Made by a program: the position numbers and the translations under genes. From positions 8,186,001 through 8,250,000 of the forward strand of contig NW_024704742.1 of NCBI RefSeq assembly GCF_018977255.1: DNA of 64,000 nucleotides, written 5' to 3'. Each line of letters starts with the position of its first letter. Positions within the stretch are counted from its first letter, which is position 1. A model generated the notes under the pieces. That model saw nothing but the letters and a program-made list of their open reading frames with translations, had not been told where the DNA came from and made no database searches. Below are positions 40,851-51,964 of the stretch, piece by piece. Source of the stretch: Callorhinchus milii (taxonomy: Eukaryota).

Positions 40851-41146
40851 TATAGAGAGTGAGAGAAAATGTGGGCAAGAACGATAGAAACAGGTAGAGT
40901 GAGACTGAAAGAGTCGAGAGATACAGTGAGAGAGAGAAGGGTGAAAGAGACTGAGAGAGATTAAGTAAAAGAGTTAGAAAGTGAAAGAAAGCGGAGAGAG
41001 TCAGTGATACGATCACAGACACACACACAGATGGGTACAGACACACACAGTCTGTAACACACAAGTCTGTGGCATACAAGTCACACACCGCCTGTGACAT
41101 ACACACAGACACAGACGGCTACAGATACACACATAGCCAGGGTTAC

Positions 41147-41320
41147 CTGCTGCGCTGGTGGTGCTGCTCATCATTGGGAAGTGGTTGCTGGTGTCGCACC
41201 GCACCCCCGCGGCCTCCCAGTGCTCACAGTCATGAACACTCCAGCCTTTGGTTTTACAGTTTATCAGTGACCGCTCCGTCCCCAAACACCTCACATCATC
41301 CAGCAAGATCGGCCCCGCGC
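41147..41320 (-). CDS. LGALS3BP: LGALS3BP-like, SRCR domain C-half plus Ser/Thr linker (GAGPILLDDVRCLGTERSLINCKTKGWSVHDCEHWEAAGVRCDTSNHFPMMSSTTSAA)
   Basis: 174 nt inside ORF 41013-41411; ttacag| and G|gtaacc; SRCR Cys spacing. Confidence 0.93.
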
Positions 41321-41419
41321 CTGTAACAACACACACACACCGCCTGTAACAACACACACCGCCTGTAACACACCGTCTAACACACACACACATAGCCTGT
41401 AACACATACACCGCCTTTC

Positions 41420-42120
41420 ACTGACACACACACCCCTCACTGACATACCTACACATTCACTGAAACACACTGCTCACTGATACACAACCCTCACTGACAC
41501 ATACACCCCTCACTGACACATACACCCCTCACTGACACATACACCCCTCACTGACACATACACCCCTCACTGACACATACACCCCTCACTGACACATACA
41601 CCCCTCACTGACACATACACCCCTCACTGACACATACACCCCTCACTGACACATACACACCACTCCCTGACACATACACCCCTCACTGACACATACACAC
41701 CACTCCCTGACACATACACCCCTCACTGACACATACACACCACTCACTGACACATACACACCACTCCCTGACACATACACCACTCACTGACACATACACC
41801 CCTCACTGACACATACACCCCTCACTGACACATACACCCCTCACTGACACATACACCCCTCACTGACACATACACCCCTCACTGACACATACACACCACT
41901 CCCTGACACATACACCCCTCACTGACACATACACCCCTCACTGACACAGACACCCCACTCCCTGACACATACACCCCTCACTGACACACACACACCCCAA
42001 CCTGACACACACACCCCTCAATGACACACACACACCCCAACCTGACAAACACACACCCTCCCTGACAAACGCACCCCTTCCTGACATACACACCCCCCCC
42101 TCCCTAACACACACACTCCT
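41420..42120. repeat. 19-bp minisatellite (CACTGACACATACACCCCT)n
   Basis: Near-perfect units at 41490-41945, degenerating toward the exon at 42128. Confidence 0.95.
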
Positions 42121-42127
42121 CACTGAC

Positions 42128-42319
42128 CTGATCCGAAGCGGCCGCCGGTCACAGCCTGTGTGGCGTTGGCGTAGCCGAGAGAGCGACAAACCACATGAGC
42201 GTCTGCCATGTCCCATTCGTCATCACACACGGTGCCCCACTGGCCGCGGTATTGAACCTCCACTCGGCCCTCGCTCTCCAACCCCCCACCCAACAGCCGC
42301 AGGTCACCATCATCTGCAG
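42128..42319 (-). CDS. LGALS3BP: LGALS3BP-like, SRCR domain N-half ([64 protein letters not shown])
   Basis: Translated by hand; 192 nt, cag| to G|gtcagt; canonical SRCR motifs GRVEV, WGTVCDD, VVCRSLG. Confidence 0.93.
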
Positions 42320-42716
42320 CTGGGAACCAGGGACAGGGTTAGTCAACCCCCCGTGATGCCCCTCCCCGCTGTGATGCCCCCTCACCCCCCGTGACAGCCC
42401 CTCATCCCCCGTGACACCCCCTCACCCCGTGTGACCACACTGCAGTCACTGAAACCCTCATACACGCCTTCATTACTTCATTACATTTCATTACTATGCA
42501 AACTCACTGCTTGTCGGCTCCCCATCTCCTCCCTCCGTAGGCTGCAGATCATCCAGAGCTCTGCAGCCCGTGTCCTCTCCCGCACCAGACTCCGGGACCC
42601 TATGACCCCCCATCCTCACCCGACTCCACCGGCTTCCCATCACACAGAGGATACAGTTCAAGATCCTGGTCCTCACCTTCAAAGCCCTCCATGGTCTTGC
42701 TCCCCCCCCCCCCCCC

Positions 42717-43290
42717 CCGTGACATACCCTCCCCCACCCGATACCCCCTCCCCACCCCGTGACATACCCTCCCCCACCCGATACCCCCTCCCCACCCCGT
42801 GACATACCCTCCCCCACGCGATACCCCCTCCCCACCCCGTGACATACCCTCCCCCACCCGATACCCCCTCTCCACCCCGTGACATACCCTCCCCCACCCG
42901 ATACCCCCTCCCCACCCCGTGACATACCCTCCCCCACCCGATACCCCCTCCCCACCCCGTGACATATCCTCCCCCACCCGATACCCCCTCCCCACCCCGT
43001 GACATACCCTCCCCCACCCGATACCCCCTCCCCACCCCGTGACATACCCTCCCCCACCCGATACCCCTCCCCACCCCGTGACATACCCTCCCCCACCCGA
43101 TACCTCCTCCCCACCCCGTGACATACCCTCCCCCACCCGATACCCCTCCCCACCCTGTGACATACCCTCCCTCACCCGATACCCCCTCCCCACCCCGTGA
43201 CATACCCTCCCCCACCCGATACCCCCTCCCCACCCTGTGACATACCCTCCCCCACCCGATACCCCTCCCCACCCTGTGACATACCCCCCA
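42717..43290. repeat. 40-bp minisatellite (GTGACATACCCTCCCCCACCCGATACCCCCTCCCCACCCC)n, about 14 copies
   Basis: Near-perfect 39-40 bp period. Confidence 0.95.
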
Positions 43291-43299
43291 CGCTGTTAC

Positions 43300-43354
43300 C
43301 TGTTATGGTGATGGAGAGTGAGATGACGGTCGCAGTGAGGATCAGGCGGATCAT
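43300..43354 (-). CDS. LGALS3BP: LGALS3BP-like, signal-peptide exon (MIRLILTATVISLSITIT)
   Basis: Acceptor ttacag| 5 nt upstream of the ATG; hydrophobic 18-aa leader; G|gtaaca phase-1 donor in frame with the SRCR exon. Confidence 0.8.
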
Positions 43355-43377
43355 ATTCCCTGTAATTCACACACGTC

Positions 43378-44200
43378 AGCCCCACCCACACCCACACCCA
43401 CACCAGCTCCGCCCCCATGCCCACAGCCCCACCCAGCCCCGCCTCCATGCCCACAGCCCCACCCACACCCGCCCCCATGCCCACAGCCCCACCCACACCC
43501 GCCCCCATGCCCACAGCCCCACCCACACCCAGCCCCGCCCCCATGCCCACAGCCCCACCCACACCCAGCCCCGCCCCCATGCCCACAGCCCACCCAGCCC
43601 CGCCCCCATGCCCACAGCCATGCCCAGCCCCGCCCCCATGCCCACAGCCCCACCCAGCCCCGCCCCCATGCCCACAGCCCCACCCACACTCAGCCCCGCC
43701 CCCACACCCATAGCCCCACCCACACCCAGCCCCACCCCCATGCCCACAGCCATCCCCAGATTCGCCCCCATACCCATAGCCCCACCCACACCCAGCTCCG
43801 CCCCCATAACCACAGCCATGTCCATCCCCGCCCCCATACCCATAACCCCAGCCAAACCCAGCCCCGCCCCATAACCACAGCCCCACCCACATCCAGCCCC
43901 GCCCCCATGCCCACAGTCCCACCCGCCCCATGCCCACAGTCATGCCCAGCCCCGCCCCCATGCCCACAGCCCCACCCACCCCCATCCACACCACATGCCC
44001 ACAGCCCCACCCAGCCCCGCCCCCCATGCCCACAGCCCCACCACAGCTCCCATGCTCCCAGCCCCCCCACACCCAGCACCTCCCCACACCTCAGTCCCAC
44101 CCCTTGCCCACAGCCCCCCACAGCCCCATGCCCACAACCCACCACCCCGCCCCCATGCCCACAGCCCAACCACACCTGCCCACACCACAGTCCCGTCCAC
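43378..44200. repeat. 27-33 bp C-rich minisatellite (CCCAGCCCCGCCCCCATGCCCACAGCCCCA)n
   Basis: Visible tandem units in the putative LGALS3BP intron 1. Confidence 0.92.
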
Positions 44201-44509
44201 CAATACCTCAACACACACAAATGCACTAAACTCATACAGTAAAACACACCCCAAACACACACATCACACACCCCAAACACACGTCCCAAACACACCAAGC
44301 CCCATACACACAAACACATCCCAAACATACAAACACACATACACCAAACATCCCAAACATGCACACTTCACACAGCAAACACACACCTCTCCCACCAAAC
44401 ACACACACCCATCACCCCAAACCACATACACATCTCACACCCCACACACCCCAAACACACACCCCTCACACACTTCACAACCCGAACACATACATGACAG
44501 CTCACATAC

Positions 44510-44620
44510 CTTTGCCCACCAGTTGTCAGTGACAGTGTTTAACGCTGACTCAGGTCTAATCTCCATTTGAATGGAATCTGCTGACTCAACACTTATGGGC
44601 GGAGAATGTCTGATTGGCTG
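44510..44620 (-). promoter_or_regulatory. Putative promoter and non-coding first exon of the LGALS3BP-like gene
   Basis: Donor AAAG|GTATGT at 44510; TGACTCA (AP-1 consensus) at 44546-44552 and 44582-44588; GC box GGGCGG at 44597-44602; CCAAT at 44613-44617 on the minus strand; unique island between repeats. Confidence 0.55.
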
Positions 44621-44715
44621 AGCGTGTGTGTCAGGGTCAGTGTGAAAGCATCTATGACTGTGAACGTGTCAGTGTGAATGTGTCAGATTGACTGTGTGCA
44701 TTACACACAGTCCTT

Positions 44716-45018
44716 GGAGTCCTGTAGCTCAGTAGTTAGAGCCCTCGCAAGCGCAAGACCTGGGTTCGATTCCCGCAGGTCAGCGTGAAACCTTAGGAAA
44801 GTTTCCTTACTCCACACCTGATAATAATCCCTCAAGAAAAAAAACAATAATAAATTGGTCACTTCAATCCACGACTGTTTGTGGGACATTGCTGTGCGCA
44901 ATTGGCTGCCGCGCTTCGCCCACAAATATACAGTCAATTCACTTTACAGTATATTCCGTGAAGTGCTTTGAAACGTCTCGAAGACCTGATAAAGCTCTAT
45001 ATCAAATGCAAGGATTAT
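44716..45018 (+). mobile_element. tRNA-derived DeuSINE-type SINE
   Basis: A box, B box, core and tail present. Confidence 0.88.
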
Positions 45019-46249
45019 CAGCATTGCTGTGCATGTGTGAGTGGAGTGAATCTGAGTGTATTAGAGTGACTGAATGTTTCCGTGTGATTGTGAGAGTGAA
45101 TGAGAGAGTGAATGTCGGAATGTTAACTCTCAGAGTGAGTGTCAAGAGTGAGAGTGTCAGTGAGAATGAGTTGTGAGAGTGAGTGTCAGTGTGAGAGTGA
45201 ATGTGTGAGACTGTCAGTGTGTGAGAGTGTGTGGGAGTGTGTCAGTGTGAGAGTGAGTGTGTGTGAGTGTCAGTGTGAGAGTGAGTGTGTGAGAGCGAGT
45301 GTGTGAGAGAGTGTCAGTGTGAGAGTGAGTGTGTGTGAGAGTGTCAGTGTGAGAGCGAGTGTGCATTGGGGTAACTGCTGGAGTCTAACCATTGCTATTG
45401 CAGTCTGGTACGCTTTCCTGCTGCTTGTCGAGCTGGGACCACCCTCCCCGTTCAGCTTTCAGGGTTAAGGGAACTGAGTGAGTGAGACAAAGAATTGACT
45501 TAATTCCATTCCCAGCGACATCACTTGAGCCAGTTCTGCTCCACAGAGACCCCACTTACCCCTCTCTCTCTCTCTCTCTCTGGGGGAGGAGGAGGAAGAG
45601 AATTGTCACGATTGACATCCAACGGCTTAGATTTGCCTAATGCTCTGCTGGTCTCCCTCACTCCCCCACTTCTACTCATACGAAACTCTCACCCTCACCA
45701 AACTCCACACCCCCACATTTTATCAGCCTCCTTTGACTGCACGTTGGCAAGTCCTCATCCTCACCTATAGATCCCTTTCCTTTACACTCCAGTACTTCCT
45801 CTTCAATCTCCCCTGACCCCACTCCACTGTTCAACCATCCACGTGGCTAACTTGGGCTTTCTGTTCACTCGCCACCAGCCCCCCAACCCCCCCCCCAACC
45901 ACACACACACACACACACACACAAATCGGTGGCTGAATCATCAGATCTGACACTTCTCACCTCTAGAACTCCCCCCCCCCCCCCAAAGCCCCTCTTCCAC
46001 CCCCCCCCCCCCACAACCCCACCATCTCCACCCACAATCCCTCCATCTCCTCCCACAATCCCTCCATCTCCACCCCCCCCCCCACAACCCCATCATCTCT
46101 CCCCCCCCACCACAACCCCATCATCTCTCCCCCCACCATAACCCCATCATCTCCTCCCACACCACAACCCCATCATCTCCCCCCCACCACCACAACCCCA
46201 TCATCTCCCCCCCACCACCACAACCCCATCATCTCCCCCTCCCCACCAC

Positions 46250-48030
46250 ATCTTCACCTTTGATTGCTCCTTGTCCCTTTCTATAAGTACTCTAAACCTA
46301 ATGATGTTGTGATCGCTGTTGTCCAGATTCTCTGCTACTGAAACCTACTCCACTTGCCGCATTTCATTCCCCAGATCTAGATCCAGCACTGCTTCCTTCC
46401 TCGTTGGGCTGGAAACATATTGATCCGGAAAGTTATCCTGCACACATTTCAAGAATCCTTTCCCCTCCTTGCCCTTTATACTGTTATTTTGTCAGTCTAT
46501 GTTTGGATAATTGAAATCCCCCATTATCACTACTCTTATTGTTTTTGTACCTTTCTGAAGCCTGCTTGCAGATTTCCTCGTCTATCTCTTTCCCACTATT
46601 TGGTGGTCTATAGTATACGCCTAACAGAGTAACAGAGTCTGCTCCTTAACTCTAACCAAATAGATTCTGTTTTTGGACCCTCTAGCACATCATCCTTTTC
46701 CAGGGCCGTAACCATGTCTTTAATCAATATTGACACCCCTCCCTCCTTTTTTTCCTTCCCTGTCCCTCCTGAATAAATTGATTGTAGCCAGGAATATTCA
46801 GCTCCCATTCCTGCCCTTGTTTGAGCCAGGTCTCCGTTATTGCCACTGCCTCATAACCCCATGTGGCAACTTGAGCCGCAGCTCATCAGTCGTATTTGTT
46901 ACACTCCATGCATTTACGTATATGCACTCCAAGACCAACTGAGTCTGCTCTGCATTTCTCCCCCTTCTTATCCCTCCTTTTTCTGGACTACATTGCTATT
47001 TATCTTTCCCAGCCCTCTAAGTAACATGTTTCTCCTCCCTGATGTTACATCCGGATTCCCTTCCCCCCTCAAAATTAGTTTAAACCTTTCCCCACAGCAC
47101 TAGTTAACTTCGCTGTGAGAACATTGGTCTCAGCCTTGTTCAGGTGTAACCCATCCATCCTGTGCAGGTCCCACCTGCCCAAAACTGGTCTCAATATTCC
47201 AGGAATCTGAAGCCTTCCTTTCTGCACCATTTCTCCAGCTATGCACACATATGTTTGATCCTGCTGTGAGGCATTGGGAGTAATCCAGAGATCACCACCT
47301 TTAAGGTCCTACTCTTTAGCTTTTTCCCTAGCTTCTCCCTGTAGGATCTCAGCTCTTTTTTCTCTACATGGATAATAATAATAATCCTTGCATTTGATAT
47401 AGCACTTTTCACGTCGGGAGGACGTCCCAAAGCGCTTCACAGAACACACTGTAAAGTGAATTGACTGTATATTTGTGGGGGAAAGCGGCGGCCGATTGCG
47501 CACAGCAATGTCCCACAAACAGTCGTAGATTGAAAATGACCAATTTATTATTGTTTTTGTTTTGGAGGGATTATTATTAGGCTCTGTGTGGAGTAAGGAA
47601 ACTTGCCCAAGGTTTCGCCCTCTGCCTGGAATTGAACTCAGATCTCTCACTTGCAAAGAGAGTGCTCTAACCACTGAGCTACAGGACTCCACAACCTGTC
47701 ATGGATCGGACATCATGGCAACATACCATGCGAGAGTCACATCTTTGGTTGCAGAAACGTCTGTCTACTCCATTGTGTCCCCAATGACAATTGCATTGAC
47801 ACTCTTCTCTGTGTCCCCCTGTGCATCCATTTGTTTTTGACTCCTCTCCCCAGAGGTGTCATCACCCTGACTGGTATTCAGTAGAGAACCGGTTTGTGAG
47901 TGCCACACTCTCAGGGGATTTCTGCAGTGCCCGTCCCCTCTTCCAGGTGGTCACACACTCTATTTCCTCATGAACACTCTGTGGCTGTGGGGTGACCGCC
48001 TCCCGAAACATTCGATCCATGAATTCTTCA
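46250..48030 (-). mobile_element. CR1 LINE fragment (ORF1 and endonuclease region) interrupted by a SINE
   Basis: KKEGGVSILIKD...TESIWLELR endonuclease motifs; KVVISGLLP in ORF1. Confidence 0.82.
47373..47690 (-). mobile_element. DeuSINE, young short subfamily, nested in CR1 ORF1
   Basis: Near-identical to 14401-14717; CR1 esterase-like sequence on both sides. Confidence 0.9.
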
Positions 48031-48031
48031 G

Positions 48032-48500
48032 ATTCCTGAATTGGAGCCTTTTGAACACAAACGGGCAGTCACTTGGGAGCAGTGGGATGCAAGGAATGAA
48101 TACAGCTTCCCTTTGAACTGACCAGTCGGAAAATTGCTTCTATAACATGTGGCATCAACTGCTTTACCACCAACCTTGTGCCATTGCATAGCTTCAGTGC
48201 ATCTAGATTCCTCAGCAGCGTGGTTATGCATCCAAGCTTTAGTATGAGTTTGTGTGAAGGCATACTGACCGGATGGTTCTGAAGAGTTTAAAAACGTAGT
48301 TCGGTAGTTGACAGTAGTTTTGATGTCAGGAGCAGTATCTATGGTCTTGTACAGTTTCTTGGCCAGGGATGCCATTGAGTAGCTGGGAATTGATCTCGCT
48401 GCAGACTCATCTTTTGAAGCCGGGATTGCTCGTTCACACAACCACGTATGATTTGTGTAGTTATGGCTGAGATTTGGGAAAACTTTTGTTTTTGAGCTCT
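48032..48500 (-). mobile_element. Helitron RepHel PIF1-type helicase fragment (frameshifted)
   Basis: CERAIPASKD...YKTIDT...VNYRTTFLNSSEPSG, then PSHKLILKLGCITTLLRNLDALKLCNGTRLVVKQLMPHVIEA; LLRNL and LCNGTRL are Helitron helicase signatures. Confidence 0.85.
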
Positions 48501-48834
48501 GCTATATCCTGGCTTCTCTATCCTCTCCTGATAACTGAAGTCCCTCATTCCTGGTACCATCCTGATAAATCTCCTTTACACCCTCTCCAATGCCTTGACA
48601 TCCTTCCTAAAGTGTGATGCCCAGAACCGAACACAGTCTCGAGCTGAGGCCTAACCAGTGTTTTTTAAAGGTTCATCATAAGGTTCACCTGCCTTGTCTC
48701 CATTATTGCCACTACATCATAACCCCATGTGGCACCTTGAGTCTGCAGCTCACCAACCTTATTTGTCACACTCCGTGCATCCACTCTAAAACCAACTTAG
48801 TCTGTTCTGCATTTCTCTCCTGTTCAGGTGTAAT

Positions 48835-49026
48835 CCATCCACTGTATGTGAGCAAATATGTGAAAAACGGATGCTAACGAGTTCAACGGCACATTTTCTT
48901 AATCTTAATAGATGCCCAATAAGCGATGATCAAACCTTTCAAGTTACAAATAAAAATGTTAGACGAAAGAGAGAAGGCCGATTAAATGAAACTGGTTGCA
49001 AGTGTAGCTGCAACGGATACAGCTAG
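48835..49026 (+). mobile_element. Short non-autonomous Helitron-like element or Helitron 3' terminus
   Basis: Hairpin GTTGCA-8nt-TGCAAC (48995-49014), 8 nt before CTAG (49023-49026), followed by host T; the 5' boundary is uncertain. Confidence 0.55.
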
Positions 49027-49575
49027 TGATTATATAAACAAGCTGTAAAAGTGATAATAAGATTTACACTAAAGAAAAACTTTAATAGTATCACATCCCA
49101 TTACAGGACACAGCCGGGGGAGGCCGAGTCCCAGCACAGCCCCACTTCTTTCTCTCTCCCTCCACCCTTCATTCTCACTCTTTCTCTCCTCACATGCTTT
49201 CTCTTTCTCTCCCTCCACCCCTCTCTCTCATATGGATGTCCTCCCGAAGTGAAAGGCATTCTCCTAACGTAAATTTGTATTATATTCCCTCTGTCCCTCA
49301 CTCTTGGGGTTCAGGTTGTGGGAGTCCAGGTTCACCTCTGCCGTCAATTCACTTTATAGTATAATCTATGCAGCACTTTGAGATGTCTCGAAAACGTGAT
49401 AAGATGCTATATCAATCGCTGCGGGTTTGGGTGATGGTAAAACAATAAAGAAAAGGTATTGAATATGGAAAGAGGGGCCCAAACTACACCGGCTCTGGGA
49501 CCCCACAAACTGAATCCAGCTGTGGAGGAAATGGTTCAAATAAAGAGAAAAATAACAAAAATCAGTCAGTAAAGG

Positions 49576-49581
49576 TTTATT
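49576..49581 (-). terminator. Probable DCTN1 polyadenylation signal AATAAA
   Basis: TTTATT on + about 700 nt after the stop, followed on the minus strand by a T-rich downstream element. Confidence 0.7.
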
Positions 49582-49651
49582 AGTGGTTAGTGATCAGTTA
49601 CAATGATTTACACACATTACAGTGAGTCACAGGGGGAAGGTGCAGGAACAC

Positions 49652-49925
49652 TGGGAGGGGGAGGAGTCAGGGAGGGGGGAGGAGCACAGGGAGGGGGGAG
49701 GAGCTCAGGGAGGGGAGGAGCTCAGGGAGGGGGGAGGAGCTCAGGGAGGGGGAGGAGCCAGGGAGGGGGAGGAGCTCAGAGAGGGGGAGGAGCTCAGGGA
49801 GGGGGAGGAGCTCAGGGAGGGGGAGGAGCTCAGGGAGGGGGGAGGAGCTCAGGGAGGGGGAGGAGCTCAGGGAGGGGGGAGGAGCACAGGGAGGGGGGAG
49901 GAGCACAGGGAGTGGGGGAGGAGAT
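49652..49925. repeat. 18-20 bp repeat (GGGAGGGGGAGGAGCTCA)n in the DCTN1 3' UTR
   Basis: Visible tandem units between the stop codon and AATAAA. Confidence 0.92.
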
Positions 49926-50275
49926 CATGGAAGGAGTTGGGGCTCGGGGAGGGGGGAAGGGGGAGCTCAGAGACGGAGTATATCAGGCTGGAGGTATTGT
50001 GGGGGCGGGGGGCTGTGCGAGAGTATATGAGGGGGCGCTGTGCGGGGGGTGGCTGTATCTAGATGTGCAGTGGTTATATCAGGGTGGGGGGGGGTCTATA
50101 CTCGTGAGGTGTATGGGGGAGGGAAGGGTATGTTGGGGGGCTATATTGGGGATGGGGGTGTTTGGGGGAGGGGCTGTACCGGGGGACCATGGGGGGGCTG
50201 TGCCAGGGTGGGGGTGCTATACGAGGGTGGTAGTGTATGCAAGGGGGCTATATTGGGGAGGGGGCTTTGCCGGGG

Positions 50276-50401
50276 TTAGATGAGGCGGCTGTGTAGCTGC
50301 TGGAGCTGCTCCTGTTGGACGATGATGCGGTGAAGCTGCCCCCGACCATCCTCACACGGCACCGTTACCTTCCCCAAGTACACAGGCAGCTCCGCCCGAG
50401 C
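50276..50401 (-). CDS. DCTN1: DCTN1 last coding exon ([41 protein letters not shown])
   Basis: ttacag| acceptor and TAA at 50278-50276; matches the recalled DCTN1 C-terminus VYMGKVT...QEQLHQLHSRLIS. Confidence 0.94.
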   Translation of the reverse strand, partial: ARAELPVYLGKVTVPCEDGRGQLHRIIVQQEQLQQLHSRLI

Positions 50402-50622
50402 CTGTAACACGCACACACTGACATCACAGCCCCCACAGAGACCACCCCCCCACCCCGAGCACAGTCTCCCCCAGCACAGCCCAGACACCCCCAGCACACC
50501 ACAGCACCCCCACAGCACAGCCTCACCCAGCACAGACCCCCACCCACACAACACAGCCACCCCACCCCCAGCACAGCCCCCACCCCGGAAACCCACACAC
50601 TGACCACCTGGCACTGACTGAC

Positions 50623-50712
50623 CTTGGTGTAGGCGGGCGATGGGAAGGTGGCAAAGTCTGAGGGAACGCGAGTGCCCGTCCTCTGGCCGGCCGACACACG
50701 ATCCACTTCATC
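50623..50712 (-). CDS. DCTN1: DCTN1 penultimate exon ([30 protein letters not shown])
   Basis: 90 nt, ttcag| to AAG|gtcagt; carries the VP.DFATFPS motif. Confidence 0.93.
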
Positions 50713-50847
50713 CTGAACACAAGAGTCACTGACCGGTCAGCCTTGGCCACAACACGAGCCACAATCATCATCCTCCCGGCCCTCCACCCCTCCCAATCCC
50801 AACTCGAGTCCAAACCCCTGACTGTCCAGGACCTCGGGACGTCCTGT

Positions 50848-51226
50848 GGAATCCTGTAGCTCAGTGGTTAGAGATACTCGCGTCGCAAACAGGTGGTGTG
50901 GGTTCGATTCCCGGGCAGGGGAAACCTTAGGCAAGTTTCCTTACTCTACACGCCTCTGTTTAACTAGCAGTAGGCAGGAACCCACTTGTTAGTCGACTGG
51001 TGGATCGCTTTTCCAAGGGTAATAATCCCTACAAACTTTTAAAAAATAATAATAAACTGCTCACTTCAATCCAACACTGTTGGTGGGACACTGCTGCGCG
51101 CAATTGGCTGCCGCGTTTCACCCACAAAATATACAGTTAATTCACTTCACAGTACATTCTGTGAAGGGCTTTGAGATGTCTCGAAGATGTGATAAGGCCC
51201 AAATATCAAATGTAAGAATTATTATT
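50848..51226 (+). mobile_element. tRNA-derived DeuSINE-type SINE in a DCTN1 intron
   Basis: A box, B box, core and tail; directly follows an L2 3' fragment (about 50740-50847). Confidence 0.87.
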
Positions 51227-51866
51227 GTAGTTGGTCGTTTGACACTGTGAACTTCTCGTTGGGGAACACAGCTCAGCATGAAACGTGTGAGAGCTTTGCC
51301 ACCATCTTCCTGCCCACAGCTCGGGCCGTGTCCCTTCCCACTGAGGGATGGTCCCACCAGTTGGAGGTGTGGAGTTTAAGCAGCAGCTGCCGGTCTCTCT
51401 GCGGCCAATCGGGGTGGGGTCCCGGCGCTGGGCATGTGGACTGGGATCCAGGTCTCACCTTCAGCAGCTGTCGCCCCAAACCTCAGAGCCTCCTCAGCAG
51501 CTATCTGACAGGAATCTGCCTTCAGTGTGGTGGGAGGACCTTTACAGGACAGTGTGTGACATGCCACCACCTTGATGTTCTCAAGGTCCGAGTCCAATGC
51601 CGTGTACCGGGCTGACTCAGCACTGTCTGCCCCCCGGCTGTTTACTGGCCATTTTGATTTCAAATCCTTCATGGCACCTCCCTGGGTGTATGGAATGTGT
51701 GTGTACAGGGTGTGTGTGTGTGTACAGGATGTTTGCGTGTAATGGATGTGAGTGAGTGTGTGCAGGGGGTGTATGTACAGAGTGGGTGTGTATGCACAGG
51801 GTGTGTGCGTGTGCAGGGTGTGCGTGTTGCGCGCGTACATACAGGCTGTGTGTGCTGAGCTGTTAC

Positions 51867-51964
51867 CTTGATGCGATTGACGGTGTCCCTGAGCTGTTGC
51901 AGTTGTGCTGCCTGCTCCAGGAGCTGAGCTGCCGGTCGCGCCCTCACCTCGGCGGCTCCTCCAG
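51867..51964 (-). CDS. DCTN1: DCTN1 third-last coding exon (AGGAAEVRARPAAQLLEQAAQLQQLRDTVNRIK)
   Basis: 98 nt, acag| to AAG|gtaaca, phase 1 to 0; resembles [23 protein letters not shown]. Confidence 0.9.

Noticed and set aside
43197..44364. Mucin-, extensin- or keratin-associated-like Pro/Gly-rich ORFs
   Set aside because: Translations of intronic minisatellites, open in most frames on both strands.
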